From the human T2T-CHM13v2.0 reference genome, Homo sapiens, in assembly GCF_009914755.1 (NCBI RefSeq), contig NC_060926.1: DNA of 64,000 bases. One strand, written 5' to 3'. Below the pieces are notes generated by a model. It saw only the letters and a list, made by a program, of their open reading frames with translations. It was not told the origin of the DNA and ran no database searches. A program made the position numbers and the translations under genes. Positions 12,333-25,626 of the stretch are shown piece by piece. Position 1 is the first letter of the stretch; each line of letters begins with the position of its first letter.

Positions 12333-13091
12333 CAACTAGCTTTAAATAAGACATTTGCTGAGTAGATGAGCTCTGACTGCCACAAATCGCAGGCATTAAA
12401 TTTTCCATTTTAATGTTTTCTTGCATTTCTCTACCCTTGACCCACCTATTGCACTTACTCTAAGAGCTTTGGGGCTGAATTTTTTTAACCTCTTGGCAGC
12501 TGTCATTTGACCCTGTAGTACAAGCAAGGCATTGTATAGCCCAGTGGACTTCTAGCAGGAGCCAACAGTGGAGGAACCCTGATCTCCAGCATGCACTGAC
12601 TTGCATTGTGGGAGTCACTGGCTGGCAATGGGTGCAGGGGGTGGTGGGGCGGGGAAGGGCAAGTGAACATGGCACATTTCTGAGCACATCTGTTTTATTT
12701 CATATCAGTGTGATGGCTGTGGCTGGGCAGGGGGTAGCAGGAGGCGGGTCGATAGGTGGGGGGTTTCTGCAAAAGACATGTTTGGATTTCCATTTTACAG
12801 GGATGAAAGAACCTGTGTTTGCCAAATTGCAAACCCAAAGAAATATCCTGGGCTGGAAGTGGGGAATTCAACTGCAGCCTTTGAGGTGAAGGTGATTTAT
12901 GGCTGGCCAAAGGAAGAGTCCAGGTCCACAAAATGAGGGAGGTGGGAATTGAGGAAGCAGCATGAGAAAATGAAAGAAGGATTGGAATTTTTCTGACTCT
13001 CCAAAAGCTGTCTCAGTATAATGTTGTGAGGAGTTAGGTGTAAATCAATCAGAATCATGTGAATTAAACTTCCCTTCAAGTAGGGGAAGTA

Positions 13092-13441
13092 CAGTCATGC
13101 CTACCATAATGACATTTTAGCCAATGCTGGACTACATATGCAATGGTGGCCCCATGGTATTTTTATTGTACCTTTTTTACGCTGAGATATGTTTAGATAT
13201 ACAAATACGTGCCATTTTGTTACAACTGCCTACAATATTCAGTATGGTAACATGCTGTACAGGTGTGTAGCTTAGGAGCCATAGGCTATACTATAGGTGT
13301 ATAACAGGTGTATAGCCTAGGTGTACAGTAGGCTTCACAATCTAGGTTTGTGCAAGTGCACAGTGTGATGTTCCCACAAGAACAAAATTATCTTATGATG
13401 GATTTCTCCGAACATCACTGTCATTAAGTGAAGCATGACTG
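13092..13441 (+). mobile_element. Tigger3a (MER7A) TcMar-Tigger MITE, full length
   Basis: TIRs cagtcatgc / gcatgactg, left TA TSD, internal tgttacaactgcctacaatattcagta...acatgctgtacagg. Confidence 0.9.
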
Positions 13442-14099
13442 CAGTGGGATACAATGGATGTCAAACTGGGGGCTAGGGACAATTCTAATGTAGACCTCGT
13501 TTAAAAATATCTCTGCTGACTGACAAGGGAAAACTCTTCCTGTGATGGACTCTCTTCAGTTTTGGAGGGTGGTTACATTGAAAGCTGATAGTCAAAACCA
13601 TCTTTATTCTTTCCAAGATGATAGCTGTTCTAGGGTTCACTTCTCTGCCTTCCACCTCCATCTCCAGACTACGAGGTCTCTTTCATTGTTCTGTTAGTAC
13701 CGCCCCTTGGCAGCCAATGCTATTACCTCTTTAGTTTTGGTAGATTTTCAACAAAGGAACTTTAATGTTAGTGTTTGTTTTTTGCAAAGACATAGATTTT
13801 TTTTTTTTAAGTGTGATGTTTAAAGTTGTAGCATCTTTTCTTTGGTTTGACTTTGCAGGTCTGCCATATGCATCATTTGCATGACAATTTTGTTGATGCT
13901 AAAAAAAATTAGAAATTTCATTTGCAGAGTTTTTGATTCTGTTGACATGTTGGTAGGCCACTGGGGTGATTCTTGGGGTGAGGTACCCTTGAGGAGTGGT
14001 TGGAGGAGGGAGAGAGAGAAGACTGCAAAAGAGGGTCTGAAAAGATGAATGTGAGGCTAAGCATGGATGGCTGAAGCACTGGTTCCCCTTCGGCGGGCC

Positions 14100-14290
14100 G
14101 TAGTAGCCACAGCATTTGTGAAGTGCAGTGCTCTGAGCACTGTACTAAGCTCTTCAGATATGTCCCATCATTTAGCCCTGAGAGTAGCCATCAGGGGGTG
14201 TATGATGTCCATTTCACAGATGGGAAAACTGAAGGGGAGGTATGTAGATCATATGTTTGTGTTCAGAGAGCTGAACTAGGTGAGGCAAAC
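14100..14290 (-). mobile_element. MIR SINE
   Basis: gcactgtactaagctcttca...ccatttcacagatgggaaaactgaagg. Confidence 0.7.
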
Positions 14291-15057
14291 AAGACACTTA
14301 CCTCAAGTGTCCCAAAGCTTAGTAATCTAAATAGATCACATTTTAATGTAAGTCTTTAAAAAGTCCCTAACTGATGCAAAATAATTCACATGGAATATAC
14401 GATTAAAATTTTAAATAAAGACTGGACCTGGACCCTGCACTTGCAAGACTCTCCTCCCAGAGCTGCCCTACTCAGGGCCCTGGTGCACACAGCTATGTGA
14501 ATGAACAAAAGAATGACTCCCACAGTGCGTCCCTACCAAGTGGTTTGACTGCCCACACACCTGTGTCCCTTTTGCCCACACCTTGGAGAGACAAAGGCAG
14601 AAAGAGAGAGGGTTGAGCAGAGGGTGGGGCACAACTCATGTCAGAGGACAGGAAACCCACTGAACTGGGGTGACGGGAGAGGGGTGAGGTTTGAGGGACA
14701 GGGTGGGGTACAAGAAGGGCACCTGACTCAAAATTCCTAGAAAAGAAGGGAAGGGAGGTAAGGAATGTGAAGGGGAGGCTCAGGGAGTTATGTGTGTTTG
14801 TTGTGGTGATTGATCCAGGCATTCTAGCCTCACTGAAGGAGGCAGTCATGGTGGGCCTGGGGACAGGACAGGACAAAGGTCAACAATAGGCGAGCCTGCA
14901 GCTGCTGCCAGAGTTCAGTCGCTTGTGGGGTGGGGGGCAATGCAGGACTCCTGGGGTGGAGGGTGGGCTGAGAGATGGTGAAGAAACCAGGAGGGGTCAG
15001 GAAGGGCCTATGGGGCAGATGCATACAGCGACCCAATGAGGAAAGTAGTTGCCCTGA

Positions 15058-15381
<324 letters not shown>

Positions 15382-15589
15382 TGCTCCAATGCTCTTGACC
15401 ACCATATGACACTGAGAGAAGCCGGGAAGAAACCAGGAGAAACCTAAAAAATCAAGATGGGGAGTTTAAAACTTAAATCGTAGTTGGGCTCTTCTGAATG
15501 ATATCTAAACAGTGTGGAGAATTTCTCCCTCCCTCCCCTCTCACCGGTCTGGGCTGGGGGTGCATATATTAGCTTTTGCATCAAGTGAT

Positions 15590-15785
15590 AATTAAGACAG
15601 CCAGACTTGAGTCCACTTAAACTCTCTGAGCTTCAATTTTCTCATCTGTAGCCTGGGGAGAGTAATAGCTATCTGCAGAGAGCTGTGGTGTGGAATAAAC
15701 AAGAAAATACAATTGAACATAGAAGATGTTAGTCACTGGAGATCCAGATACAGTAGCTGCCCCAATATTTGTGAATGTCATCAGG
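15590..15785 (+). mobile_element. MIR SINE
   Basis: cacttaaactctctgagcttcaattttctcatctgta. Confidence 0.7.
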
Positions 15786-15834
15786 AGTTGTATAATCATC
15801 ATTGTGATTATTGTCTGCCATGTATATAATACCA

Positions 15835-15985
15835 GAAATTATAATAGTAATGCTGCCAATAAAAGTTAATGTTTCTTGAGTGCTTACCATGCATTTTGGC
15901 ACTGTATTAATTCCTTTGACTATTTACAACTGCCTTCAAGGTACATATTTGGTATCTTCATTTTATTGTAAAATTAGGCTGAGCA
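15835..15985 (-). mobile_element. MIR SINE
   Basis: ttgagtgcttaccatgc...ggcactgtattaa...ggtatcttcattttat. Confidence 0.6.
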
Positions 15986-16944
15986 CTGATGTTTCAGGCA
16001 CTGGTTGATCACTGTGAGTTTGGCTTATCCATGACACATTTGGAGATTTGGGAGACATTCTGTAGTAAAGTTGTCTTAGCAGAACAAACTCAATGTCTGC
16101 CCACTTTCAGAGCTCATAGCAGCCCTGTTCTCTCTGTGAAGTCTTCTGTGGTCCGCAGGGCTGCAGAATTCCTTCTGCCTATTGACTGTGATTGCTGTCA
16201 CTCAGCTGGCCAGGATGCCATATGGTCTTGTCATTGTGCTTGTATCTTCTCTTGCTTCTATTCTGTTTGCTGAGAACTATTGCTCAAATTGCAACTTAGG
16301 GAGGACACTCTGTTCTTATTACATTGTCTTCTTCACATCTTAGATGAATTAATAAATGAATAAATAGAATACCAGAGAATATTTCATGATTTACTAGATC
16401 TGTTCATATTTAGCTACAATTAAATGTTTGTGATTTCCATTCTCAACTGTCTTCCCCTACTGGAGGAGCTAGTGGTTTTTCTGTTTTATGTGGTTTCATG
16501 TTCCTCTGCCAGATAAAAACACCACTACCCTGGAATCCTAGAGAGCTTGCCTGGGGTAACAGTTACTTTCGAGTGTTTCTCTTTGTAGTCTCTATTCCAT
16601 GAGAGACCATAGAACCTGTCTGGGGGAGGGCAGCAGGGAAGATTCCAGAGAATTCAGTTCATATCTCCTTGGCTGAGTGATATTATGTGAAAATAGCTCC
16701 TTGAGCCTTGGAAATGTCAGCATGCTGAGTGTATGACAGGTAATGAAAGAGGACTTTTCCCACACATTAGTTTTACAGGATTATTGGCCTAAGTTGTGGA
16801 GTAATAGACATAAATCTTGTTTGAAAATAGAACATCACACTTCTAGGTAGACTTAACACCATGAGAACAGTCAGTGCAAGTTGGAGCCTGGCTGGGTGCA
16901 AGCACAAGGTAAGAGCTATTGATTTTTAAATCTCTTTGGGTAGC

Positions 16945-17140
16945 AGAAGCCTGTAAGAAGTGGCATGTATGCCCCATTCCCCACTTTCTTGTCTATGACA
17001 GACATCACTAACAAATTATAACAATGTTTCTGACTTTGCCTAGTTCAGTCTCAGAATTCTTCTCATTACAGTTCTACAGGCAGTCATTTCCAATCAGATG
17101 GAGTTGAAATGAGGAATTAAACTTATTTGCCAACTATGCT
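16945..17140. mobile_element. Old hAT-type MER DNA transposon fragment (family uncertain)
   Basis: gacagacatcactaa...ctcagaattcttctca...aggcagtcatttccaatcagatggagttg...aaacttatttgcca resembles a recalled hAT MITE consensus. Confidence 0.5.
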
Positions 17141-17244
17141 CTTTCTATAGACAGGATCATATTAAGTTTAGTATTGTTAAGTAGCTAAAATAAGTTTGAC
17201 TTTTAAATGATAGAAAGTACCATCTATATACTATTGTTTGATGT

Positions 17245-17575
17245 TAGGTATGTTGCTTCATTTCTTTGAACCTTGGTTTACTCATCTCTGAAGTGGGGAA
17301 ATAATGACAAATGCTGCATGGCTATTGAGGTGATTTTTAAGAAATTTTTAAATTTAAATTTAAATTTTTTTTGGTAGAGATGGGATCTCACTATGTTGCC
17401 CAGGCTGATCTTGAACTTCTGGCCTCAAGTGATTCTCCCACCTTGGCCTCCCAAAGCACTAGGTTTGCAGGCATGAGCCACTCTTCCTGGCCCTATTGGA
17501 GTAATTAATCAGACAATGTATTTAAAGTGCCTAGTACAGTACTTGGGGCATTCAATCAGTGGTGGCTCCTGCTGT
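17245..17575 (+). mobile_element. MIR SINE split by an Alu monomer
   Basis: gaaccttggtttactcatctctgaagtgggga ... aatgtatttaaagtgcctagtacagtacttgg. Confidence 0.7.
17334..17492 (-). mobile_element. FLAM (free left Alu monomer)
   Basis: Single monomer gtagagatgggatctcactatgttgcccagg...gagccactcttcctggcc; degenerate TSD ctattgaggtgatt / ctattggagtaatt. Confidence 0.85.
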
Positions 17576-17884
17576 GGCTTGCTTTGTACCCTGAAGGGCT
17601 TGAGAATACATTTGGTCTGTGACCCTGAATATAGACAGAATTGAGCTTTTGGCTTTTCTTCTTTATATATCACTCTAAAATGCTGAGGAAAGTTCATCTG
17701 CTCCCTTCCTCAGCTTCCTTGAAAATTTTACAAAGGTTTAGATGATAATATGAATTGGAGGAAACTCTCACACTGTGTTTTCCTTCAAGAGGTCATTATT
17801 GCTGGAATTGACACAGAGACTTGAGTTTAATGTAGTGACAATAATCATTTGGATTAAATTTGAAAAATGTCCTCTGGTATGTAG

Positions 17885-18384
<500 letters not shown>

Positions 18385-18484
18385 TAAAAGTTCACGCAGC
18401 TGTAAGGGAAACCAACAAGGAATGATGTTGCACCCCCAGGGCTGCCCCTGGACTGAGGGTCATGGTGAGGGAGCAGCTGTAACT

Positions 18485-18699
18485 CAGGCATTCTCAACAT
18501 GGGTAATATCACCCTTCAAGGGGGCAGAAATTGGTTGTGGGCTTTTTAAAAAAAGGTTCTTTGTTATGTACAGAGCACGGATATACATAGGCTACATAAA
18601 ACTAATTTCACTGGGGAACCATTAGGAACACAAAATGCATTACAAAGTTCCAGGGGTGGGGGAGCAATAATGAAGAAAAGAAAAGGATGAGAAACACTG
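18485..18699. mobile_element. hAT-Charlie MITE (family uncertain)
   Basis: Charlie-type termini caggcattctcaac / gatgagaaacactg. Confidence 0.65.
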
Positions 18700-19059
18700 T
18701 AATAGCTAAAGGATTGCACTACTTAGCAAAGTTTATGGTCTTATATAGAGGAATTTTTGCAGCCACAACACACAAGGAGGGAGCCTGGGGAGCAGACGTC
18801 TTGACCTCTATGTTCGCCTGTCCTCTGATCATCTGTCTGCATGTGCCTCCCATTGGTGGAACCCAACTAGAAGCCAGAAGGTAGGGGAGCTTGTGGATAT
18901 ACGCCATCCAGATCAGAGCACACTTGGAAAGGGTGGAGGATGGATTTGGAGCACAAAGGGAGATAACCAATGGGACTGCCAGTAGCTCTGGGGATAAAGA
19001 GCCAAAGATTTATTTTGACTCACAAAGATCTGCACCACAAGGCTCCTGCCCTGCTCTTC

Positions 19060-19460
19060 TCTCATCCCTCTCTTGCTTGACTCCATCATCCTATCCTGTT
19101 GGTTTCCCCAATACTGAGCTAGTCCCTGACTTAGGACATTTGCACATGCTGTTCCTTTGATATGGTACATGTTTCCCTCCGTCCTTCTCACCATTCACCT
19201 CTCAGCTTGATTGACACTTTCTCAGGGAACATTCTCTGACTCCCTGGCAGGGCTCCATTCTCTCCGTTACGGTTTTTTCAGGAAGCACTCGGCTTCTTCT
19301 TCATAGTACCAATGACAATTATAATTCAAATGTTTTGTGTAATCATTTGTTTAATTTCTGTCTCCCTCACCAGATAAAGTGCTTTATGAGGGCAGTAACC
19401 CATTAGCCTAGGCAAGTGCCTCGCACATAGTGAGAACTTAATAAATATTTGATGAATAGG
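19060..19460 (+). mobile_element. L2 3' end
   Basis: ggacatttgcacatgctgttcc...tctgtctccctcaccaga...gcacatagtgagaacttaataaatatttgatgaat. Confidence 0.8.
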
Positions 19461-19504
19461 TGCATTCCAGCAGGAAATAAACATATCAAAGGCACAGAAG
19501 TTTC

Positions 19505-19720
19505 CTGGAGTCAGACTGTGTTAGAAACTTACTGTTAACCACTTGCTAGCTGTGGAATCTTCAACAAGTTACTTAACCTCTTTGTGCCCCTAATTTTATT
19601 CATTTGTGAAGTAAGGAGAATAATAATAACTATTTTGTGGGGGCTGGAGAGAGGGTAAGTGGGTTAGTACATGCAATGTGCTTAGAAGAGTACATGGTAA
19701 CTGTTCAATAAATGACATCA
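19505..19720 (+). mobile_element. MIR SINE
   Basis: tggagtcagactg...ccacttgctagctgtg...caagttacttaacctctttgtgcc. Confidence 0.8.
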
Positions 19721-22153
19721 TCATCATCATCAAAGCTTCGTTGTGTAATTATTCTATTGTTGACTGGCTGTTTGGTGGTGACATTCACACTAATCAGAGA
19801 GAAAAAGGCATGTTAATCTTAGCACTGATTCTAACCATCTCATTTTGAGAAGTAAGAACCCAATTTTTCTGATACTAAATCCTGAAAGCAATTTAGTTTT
19901 TCTCTTGTCATATAGTTAGAATCTGGGGAAAAGTTATTTGACAGCTAATCTAGTTTACCCTGTAAAAAGCAAAGATTAATCTTTTTGCTACTGAGATGGG
20001 ACATGAAGGCCTGGGTTTCTTCCCAAGTCCTTGCGTTGGTTGGCTCTCTCCCAAGTTTTAGCTCTTAACACCGGACAAGGCAGGGACAAAGGGGGAGATA
20101 GGGCAGAAAGTAGCATCAGAATCCCTCTGTGTTCCAAGAGACGTGGTCTTGGGACAGTCAGAATTGCTTCCTGGGAGGTCACTGGGAGATGTAGGGAGAC
20201 CAGTTGAGAAGCAGCTAATTATACAGGGATTGGGAACCAAGGATGAAGATCAGGAAAGGCAAGCAAGGTAACAGGAGCAATACCATGAGACAGGAGCACT
20301 GACCACCCCACTAGATTTAGCCAATCAATTTCTTCTGGGTGGTACATCTTTTGTCTGGGAATTATTTATCTAGATTGGGCATACACACACTGGCTTTTGC
20401 ACTACAGCATTTTACAGAGTTTTTCTGATGTTAGACACAGGCTGGATTATAGAGTCACAGGGTGGTCAGAACGTTCCCATTCTATTTTTTAATAGGAACA
20501 GAAAGTGAGGTCTTAGGTCAAGTGGTTGCCTTCAAGTCATGCAGCAATAATGGAGTTGGTAGATGATCTCACGTGCCCTTAGCTCCAGGCCAATGTTATT
20601 GCCTTCCTTGACTTTCCTTTCAATATAACCCTTAACTTCTCTTGTGGCCTTCGATTCACACTATGGCCATAAGAAAAAGTTAACTTCCATAGAGTCACAC
20701 AAGGGAAACAACTTCATTCCTTCAGCCACACCACCCGAGTGATCATCCCAGTAGTCACACAGTCACATATCACCTGTGATCCCAGTTCCATCTCTGGAAA
20801 CCTGAGCAATGTTAGTACCATGTGCACTTGATTTTTCTGAGTGAACCATACCTTTCACATGGGTGGTGGCATGCATGGCTGAGCAATCACTGTCACAGAG
20901 AGAAGAATTTACGTTTGCATCTGTGTTTCACCTCTTTTCACATCTGGTCTTGGTAGGCCTTTGGGAATTTGCTGGAAAAAGCAAAGGAGAGCACTGAAAA
21001 GAGCTCTCAGTATGCCTGGAGTCAGGCTGAATAAAGATGAGATCACCCTTCTTCCACTTGCAGAGAAGCAGTGGGGTTTTGACTGGTTAGTGGCTTGATG
21101 TCACTGGTGTAAGAGACTGTGTCTCTTGTCAGACATCAGGGCCTTAGAAGTGTCTCATGAGGTCAGTTTCATGTTCTCCCAGCCAGGATTTTTTTTTTCC
21201 CTGATGAAGGTCACCAAGGAAAAATACATATATCTCTCTCTCCTCAAGTCAGTTTAGGGATATGTCTTAAATGGCTCTGGTTTCCGTTATTAATCAGGGG
21301 TAGATTTGTCACTCATGATTTATCCAGACCCATTTTGAAATAGTACATTATCTGTATCAACTTTTAGGTAAGGTTCCATTCATTTAGCCCATGTTGATAA
21401 TGTAGGTCTCTTTTTCCTGCAATGCCGATGGTAACCACCATTACTTCAGTACTCAGGGCATGAGTGGCCAAGCCCTTTTAGGTTTTATAAATGCCCATTT
21501 AATCCCTCCTCAGCCCTTCCTCTCAGAGTAAAGTGGTCTATGCCCTTTAATTAGACTTCGTATAACAGTATCCTAAGTCCACTGCTTATCATAATACCTC
21601 TCACTTCTATCCCAACTCTTTTAGATGCCAAAGACAGAAATATATGCAATATTCTCAGGGCAAGAGATTATCACCAACTAGGAGACAGGAAAGAAGAATG
21701 TCTTCTCTTTGGTTTATTTTGATCTTCACGGAAATGCTATAAAATTGGAAAACATTAGTGTTCCTAGGATTTGTTGCCTCTCTTTGCTGTAAGAGCATGG
21801 TGGATCAATAACCTCAAGGAGTAAATTATCCACACTAATTATTTCCTCAATGCAGATAGTTTCAGAGTTCATCATCTTCCAAATAGTGTCTCTTCCACAT
21901 GGGTGTCAGTTGGACACCTGCCTGCTCACTCTTTCAGCGCTGTGGGACTGCACTCTGCTGACCACACTACCTTATTGGATCAGTTCCTTATTCAGCACTG
22001 TTTACTTAGCTCAGTGTCTGAGAGCACAGTGCAGATGGCAACCCAGTGGCGAGGTTCCTTCTCCATATGGGTCCATGGATTTGAAAAGAAAGACGATTTG
22101 CTGGCAGGCACCATTCTTGCTATAAGCAAATGACTTACAGTGGTATCTCATAG

Positions 22154-22430
22154 CAATGTATTCCAAACTTCCTTGCTTGCAACTCACAGAAATAAATATA
22201 TTTTACATTGCAAATCAGTATATACACATACATGTGTACATATACATGCACACACATATGCCTGAAACCAAAATTTCATAAAATAATGCTCTTGCTAATT
22301 ATGATAAAAAGTAAAAAGTATGGTAGAAAAGCCACATATTTACAAATAATATTTTTAAAAAATGTTAGTTATAACTTACAAAATTGATTTTTGACACATG
22401 CTAATGAGACCAGCAGTTGGCAAAACAATG
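22154..22430. mobile_element. Charlie1-like hAT DNA transposon fragment
   Basis: ctgaaaccaaaatttcataaaataatgct...aaattgatttttgacacatgctaatg...cagttggcaaaacaatg. Confidence 0.55.
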
Positions 22431-23745
22431 GATTACAGTAATTTTATGTGAAGGACCCAAACTTTTCCTTGTCATTCTTTTCCTTTTTAAAAATTTCCTT
22501 TTGTTTTCTTTCTTTCCTTTTTAGGAAATGCTTTTGGAAAGAGATCAAAGTACAAAGTTAGCCACATGCCAATCTGATCCCCACTAAAAGATCTGAAATT
22601 CATGCTATTTTCTCAGTCTATGACTCATATCCTAGGTCATAGGCTGTTAGCTTCTTCAGCTTGACGTGATGTTGCCAAATTACTTCCCTAAAAGGTTATA
22701 CCAATTTACCTTCCCAGTAGCAGTGTATGAGAGTTCCCAAGTCCCCACATACTTGGAAACCGGGTATGCTGAAACTTTCAAAATTTTTTGATGCATGTGT
22801 AATTGCTTAAAACTTCATTTTTAAAATTATTAATGAAATTGAATATTATTTCCCACATATGTTGTTCAATCAAACTTTCTTGTAGGTGAAATGACTATTC
22901 ATATTTTGGTCTATTTTTCTATTAGGTAATTTTTTTTTACTAATAATTTGTAGGATTCCTTGCATATTCTGTATACTAACCATCTGTGTTTATTAGTTAT
23001 ATAAATAGAAAGTATTTTCCCTGCCATATGAAAAGATAGAAATTGCAATTAATTTTTCCCCAGTTGTCCCAAACCACTGATTAGTTTTTCCTCTCCCTTT
23101 TGACTTGCTATGACATTCCCATCATTTACAAAGGTTTTTTCTATGCATCATTCTAAGATTTCTACTGTGCTCCACTATCCTATTTGTGTATCTCTGAGCC
23201 AATGCCATATTTTAATTACTATAGTTTTATAATTGGTTTTAATATCTGGAAAAGCCAATCTTCTCCCTTGCTCTTCTTGCCTTTTCTTGGCTACTGTTGG
23301 CCCATTATTCCTCTATATGAGTTTTAGCATTTTTTTTAACTCCATGACAATTCTTTTTGTTATTTGAATGGAACTATGTTGAATTTATAGACTAATTTAA
23401 CTAGAATTGCCATGTTTTTCAAATTGTTTTATATAGTCTATATTTTTATTTGTTCAGATTATCTTTTATTCTCAGTATTTTATAATTTTTCTCTATTAAA
23501 TTTATTGAAAATATTTTATGTTAAATTACTCCTAAATAACTTAAAATTTGTAAATCTTTAGGAGATTATTTTTTCTATAATATTTCCTAATTGGTTTTTC
23601 TTTGGTGTATAGGCATACTATTTTTTAATGTCAATCTAGAAATCTTTATGAACTTTCTTATTGCTTCAAAATTTTGCTTGGATTTTCTAATTAGATACTT
23701 ATAGTGTAAATATAAAAAACATTTTATTACTCTCAAATTCTTATA

Positions 23746-24840
23746 GTGTTAGACTATTGCAAATAAAGCTGTTATGATGATGATTTATGTACAAATCTTT
23801 GCATGGACAAGAGCTTTCACTTCTCTTGGATGAAGAATGGAATGGCTTGATCATGTGGTAGGTGTATGTTTAACTTAAGAAACTGCCAGTCTGTTTTCTA
23901 AAGTGGTTTTATGGTTTTCAAGTCTTATTAGCCGGGTATGAAATTTCCAGTTATTCCACACCCTTGCCAACACTTGATATGGTCAGCCTTTTTAGCTTTA
24001 GACATTCTAGTTAGTGAGTAGACAATTTTGTTGTGGTTTTCATTTGCATTCTTTTTGTCATTTGAATGGAATTATGTTGAATTTATAGACTAATTTAATG
24101 CTTTATGAAGTTTCGTACTTCATATGTACTTATTTGTCATCTGGCCAACTTTCCTAATAAAGTGTCTGTTCACGTCTTCTGCCTAGTCTTTATAACTGAG
24201 TTATCTATCTTCTTGCAATTAACTTGTAAAAGTACTTTATGTGTTCAAGATTAAAATTCTCTTTTAGGCAGATATTTAGCAAATATTTTCTCCCAGTTTA
24301 TGGCTTGTCTTTTCATTTTGTTAACAGTATCCTTGACAAGAAGAAAATTTCAATTTTATCAAGTTCTATTTATTGATTTTTTCTTTTATAGTTCATTTTG
24401 CATGTGTGTTGTATTGAAGAAATCTTTGCCAAACCAAAGGTCACTAAAATGTTTACCTATGTTTTCTTCTCAAAGTTTTCTAATTTTTTGCACATGTCTA
24501 TCCAATCGTTCCAGCACTGCTGAAAAGACTGTCCTTTCTTCCATTAAATTGCCATGGCACCTTTACCAAAAATCAATTGGCCATAAATATGAAGTCTACT
24601 TCTGGAATTGAAATTCTGTTCTGTTGATCAATATGCTTATCTATTTGTCAAAACCACACTATCTTGATTATAGTAGCTTTATAATAAATCTTGAAACCAG
24701 TTTATTAAGTACTGTTTTTACACATTGTTTTGGCTATTTTAGATTATTTGCATTTTCATACGAAGTTTAGAATCAGCTTTTCTATTTTGAAAAGAATAAA
24801 TTTTCTGGGATTTTGATTGGTATTATGTTTAACACACAGA
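23746..24840 (-). mobile_element. Inverted 5' segment of a nested L1MC/MD-type element
   Basis: Reverse ORF2 3' region, aagaaactgccagtctgttttctaaagtggtt...ccacacccttgccaacactt. Confidence 0.8.
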
Positions 24841-25325
24841 TCATAGCAGCTTTTTCTGTAATAGTCCCAAACTAGAAACAACCCAAATGTCTATCAACAG
24901 GTTAATAAATAAACAAATTATGATATATCCATGTGATGGATGGTAACTCAGCAATAAAAAGGAATAAACTGTTGATAACTACAAAATCATGGATGAATCT
25001 CAAATCATTATGCTGAGCTAAAGAGCCAGCCCAAAGAGTATATATTGCATGATTCCATTTATATAAAATTCTAGAAGCTGCAGCCTAATAAACAGTGGCA
25101 AAATGTATATAAGCTGTTACCTGGGGCTGGAGGTTGGGTTCCGGAAAGGCATAAGGGAGAGGTTACAAAGGTATATGAAGAAATTTGTGAGTGATGAATA
25201 TATTAATCATTTTTATTGTAATGATGATTTCACAGATATATATATAGTCAAAACTTACCAAACTGTACACTTTAAATGTGTAGCTTATTATATATCACCT
25301 ATACTTCAATAAATCCATGAAAGAA
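24841..25325 (+). mobile_element. Direct 3' segment of the same nested L1
   Basis: tcatagcagctttttctgtaatagtcccaaactagaaacaacccaaatgtc...aactgtacactttaaa...atacttcaataaa. Confidence 0.85.
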
Positions 25326-25469
25326 ATATTATACCAATTATTCTTTTTCTTATCTTTTTTCTCCATTGGCAATCCTCACATAATATGGGATGATGGTAGG
25401 CCTCCTTGTGTTGTTTTTGGCTTAAAGGAAATGTTGCTACTGTTTTCTAAGAACTTTTCCTTTTTCCCA

Positions 25470-25578
25470 CCCATTTCATCCTTTTCTTTTTCTTCCTCCT
25501 TACCTACCTTCCTTCCTCCCTCCCTGCCTCCCTCCCTCCCTTCCTTTTGTCCTTTTTTACTTCCTTCTTGTCTTTCTT
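25470..25578. repeat. Polypyrimidine (CCTT/CCTC) low-complexity tract
   Basis: ttcttcctccttacctaccttccttcctccctccctgcctccctccctcccttcc. Confidence 0.85.
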
Positions 25579-25626
25579 GAGATAGATAAAGTCTATGAAG
25601 TTAAAGAGATTCCTAGATCTCTAACA

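Noticed and set aside
16779-16915. Possible exon ending at AAG|gtaaga
   Set aside because: Acceptor is mediocre, and isolated strong donors are expected by chance in 64 kb.
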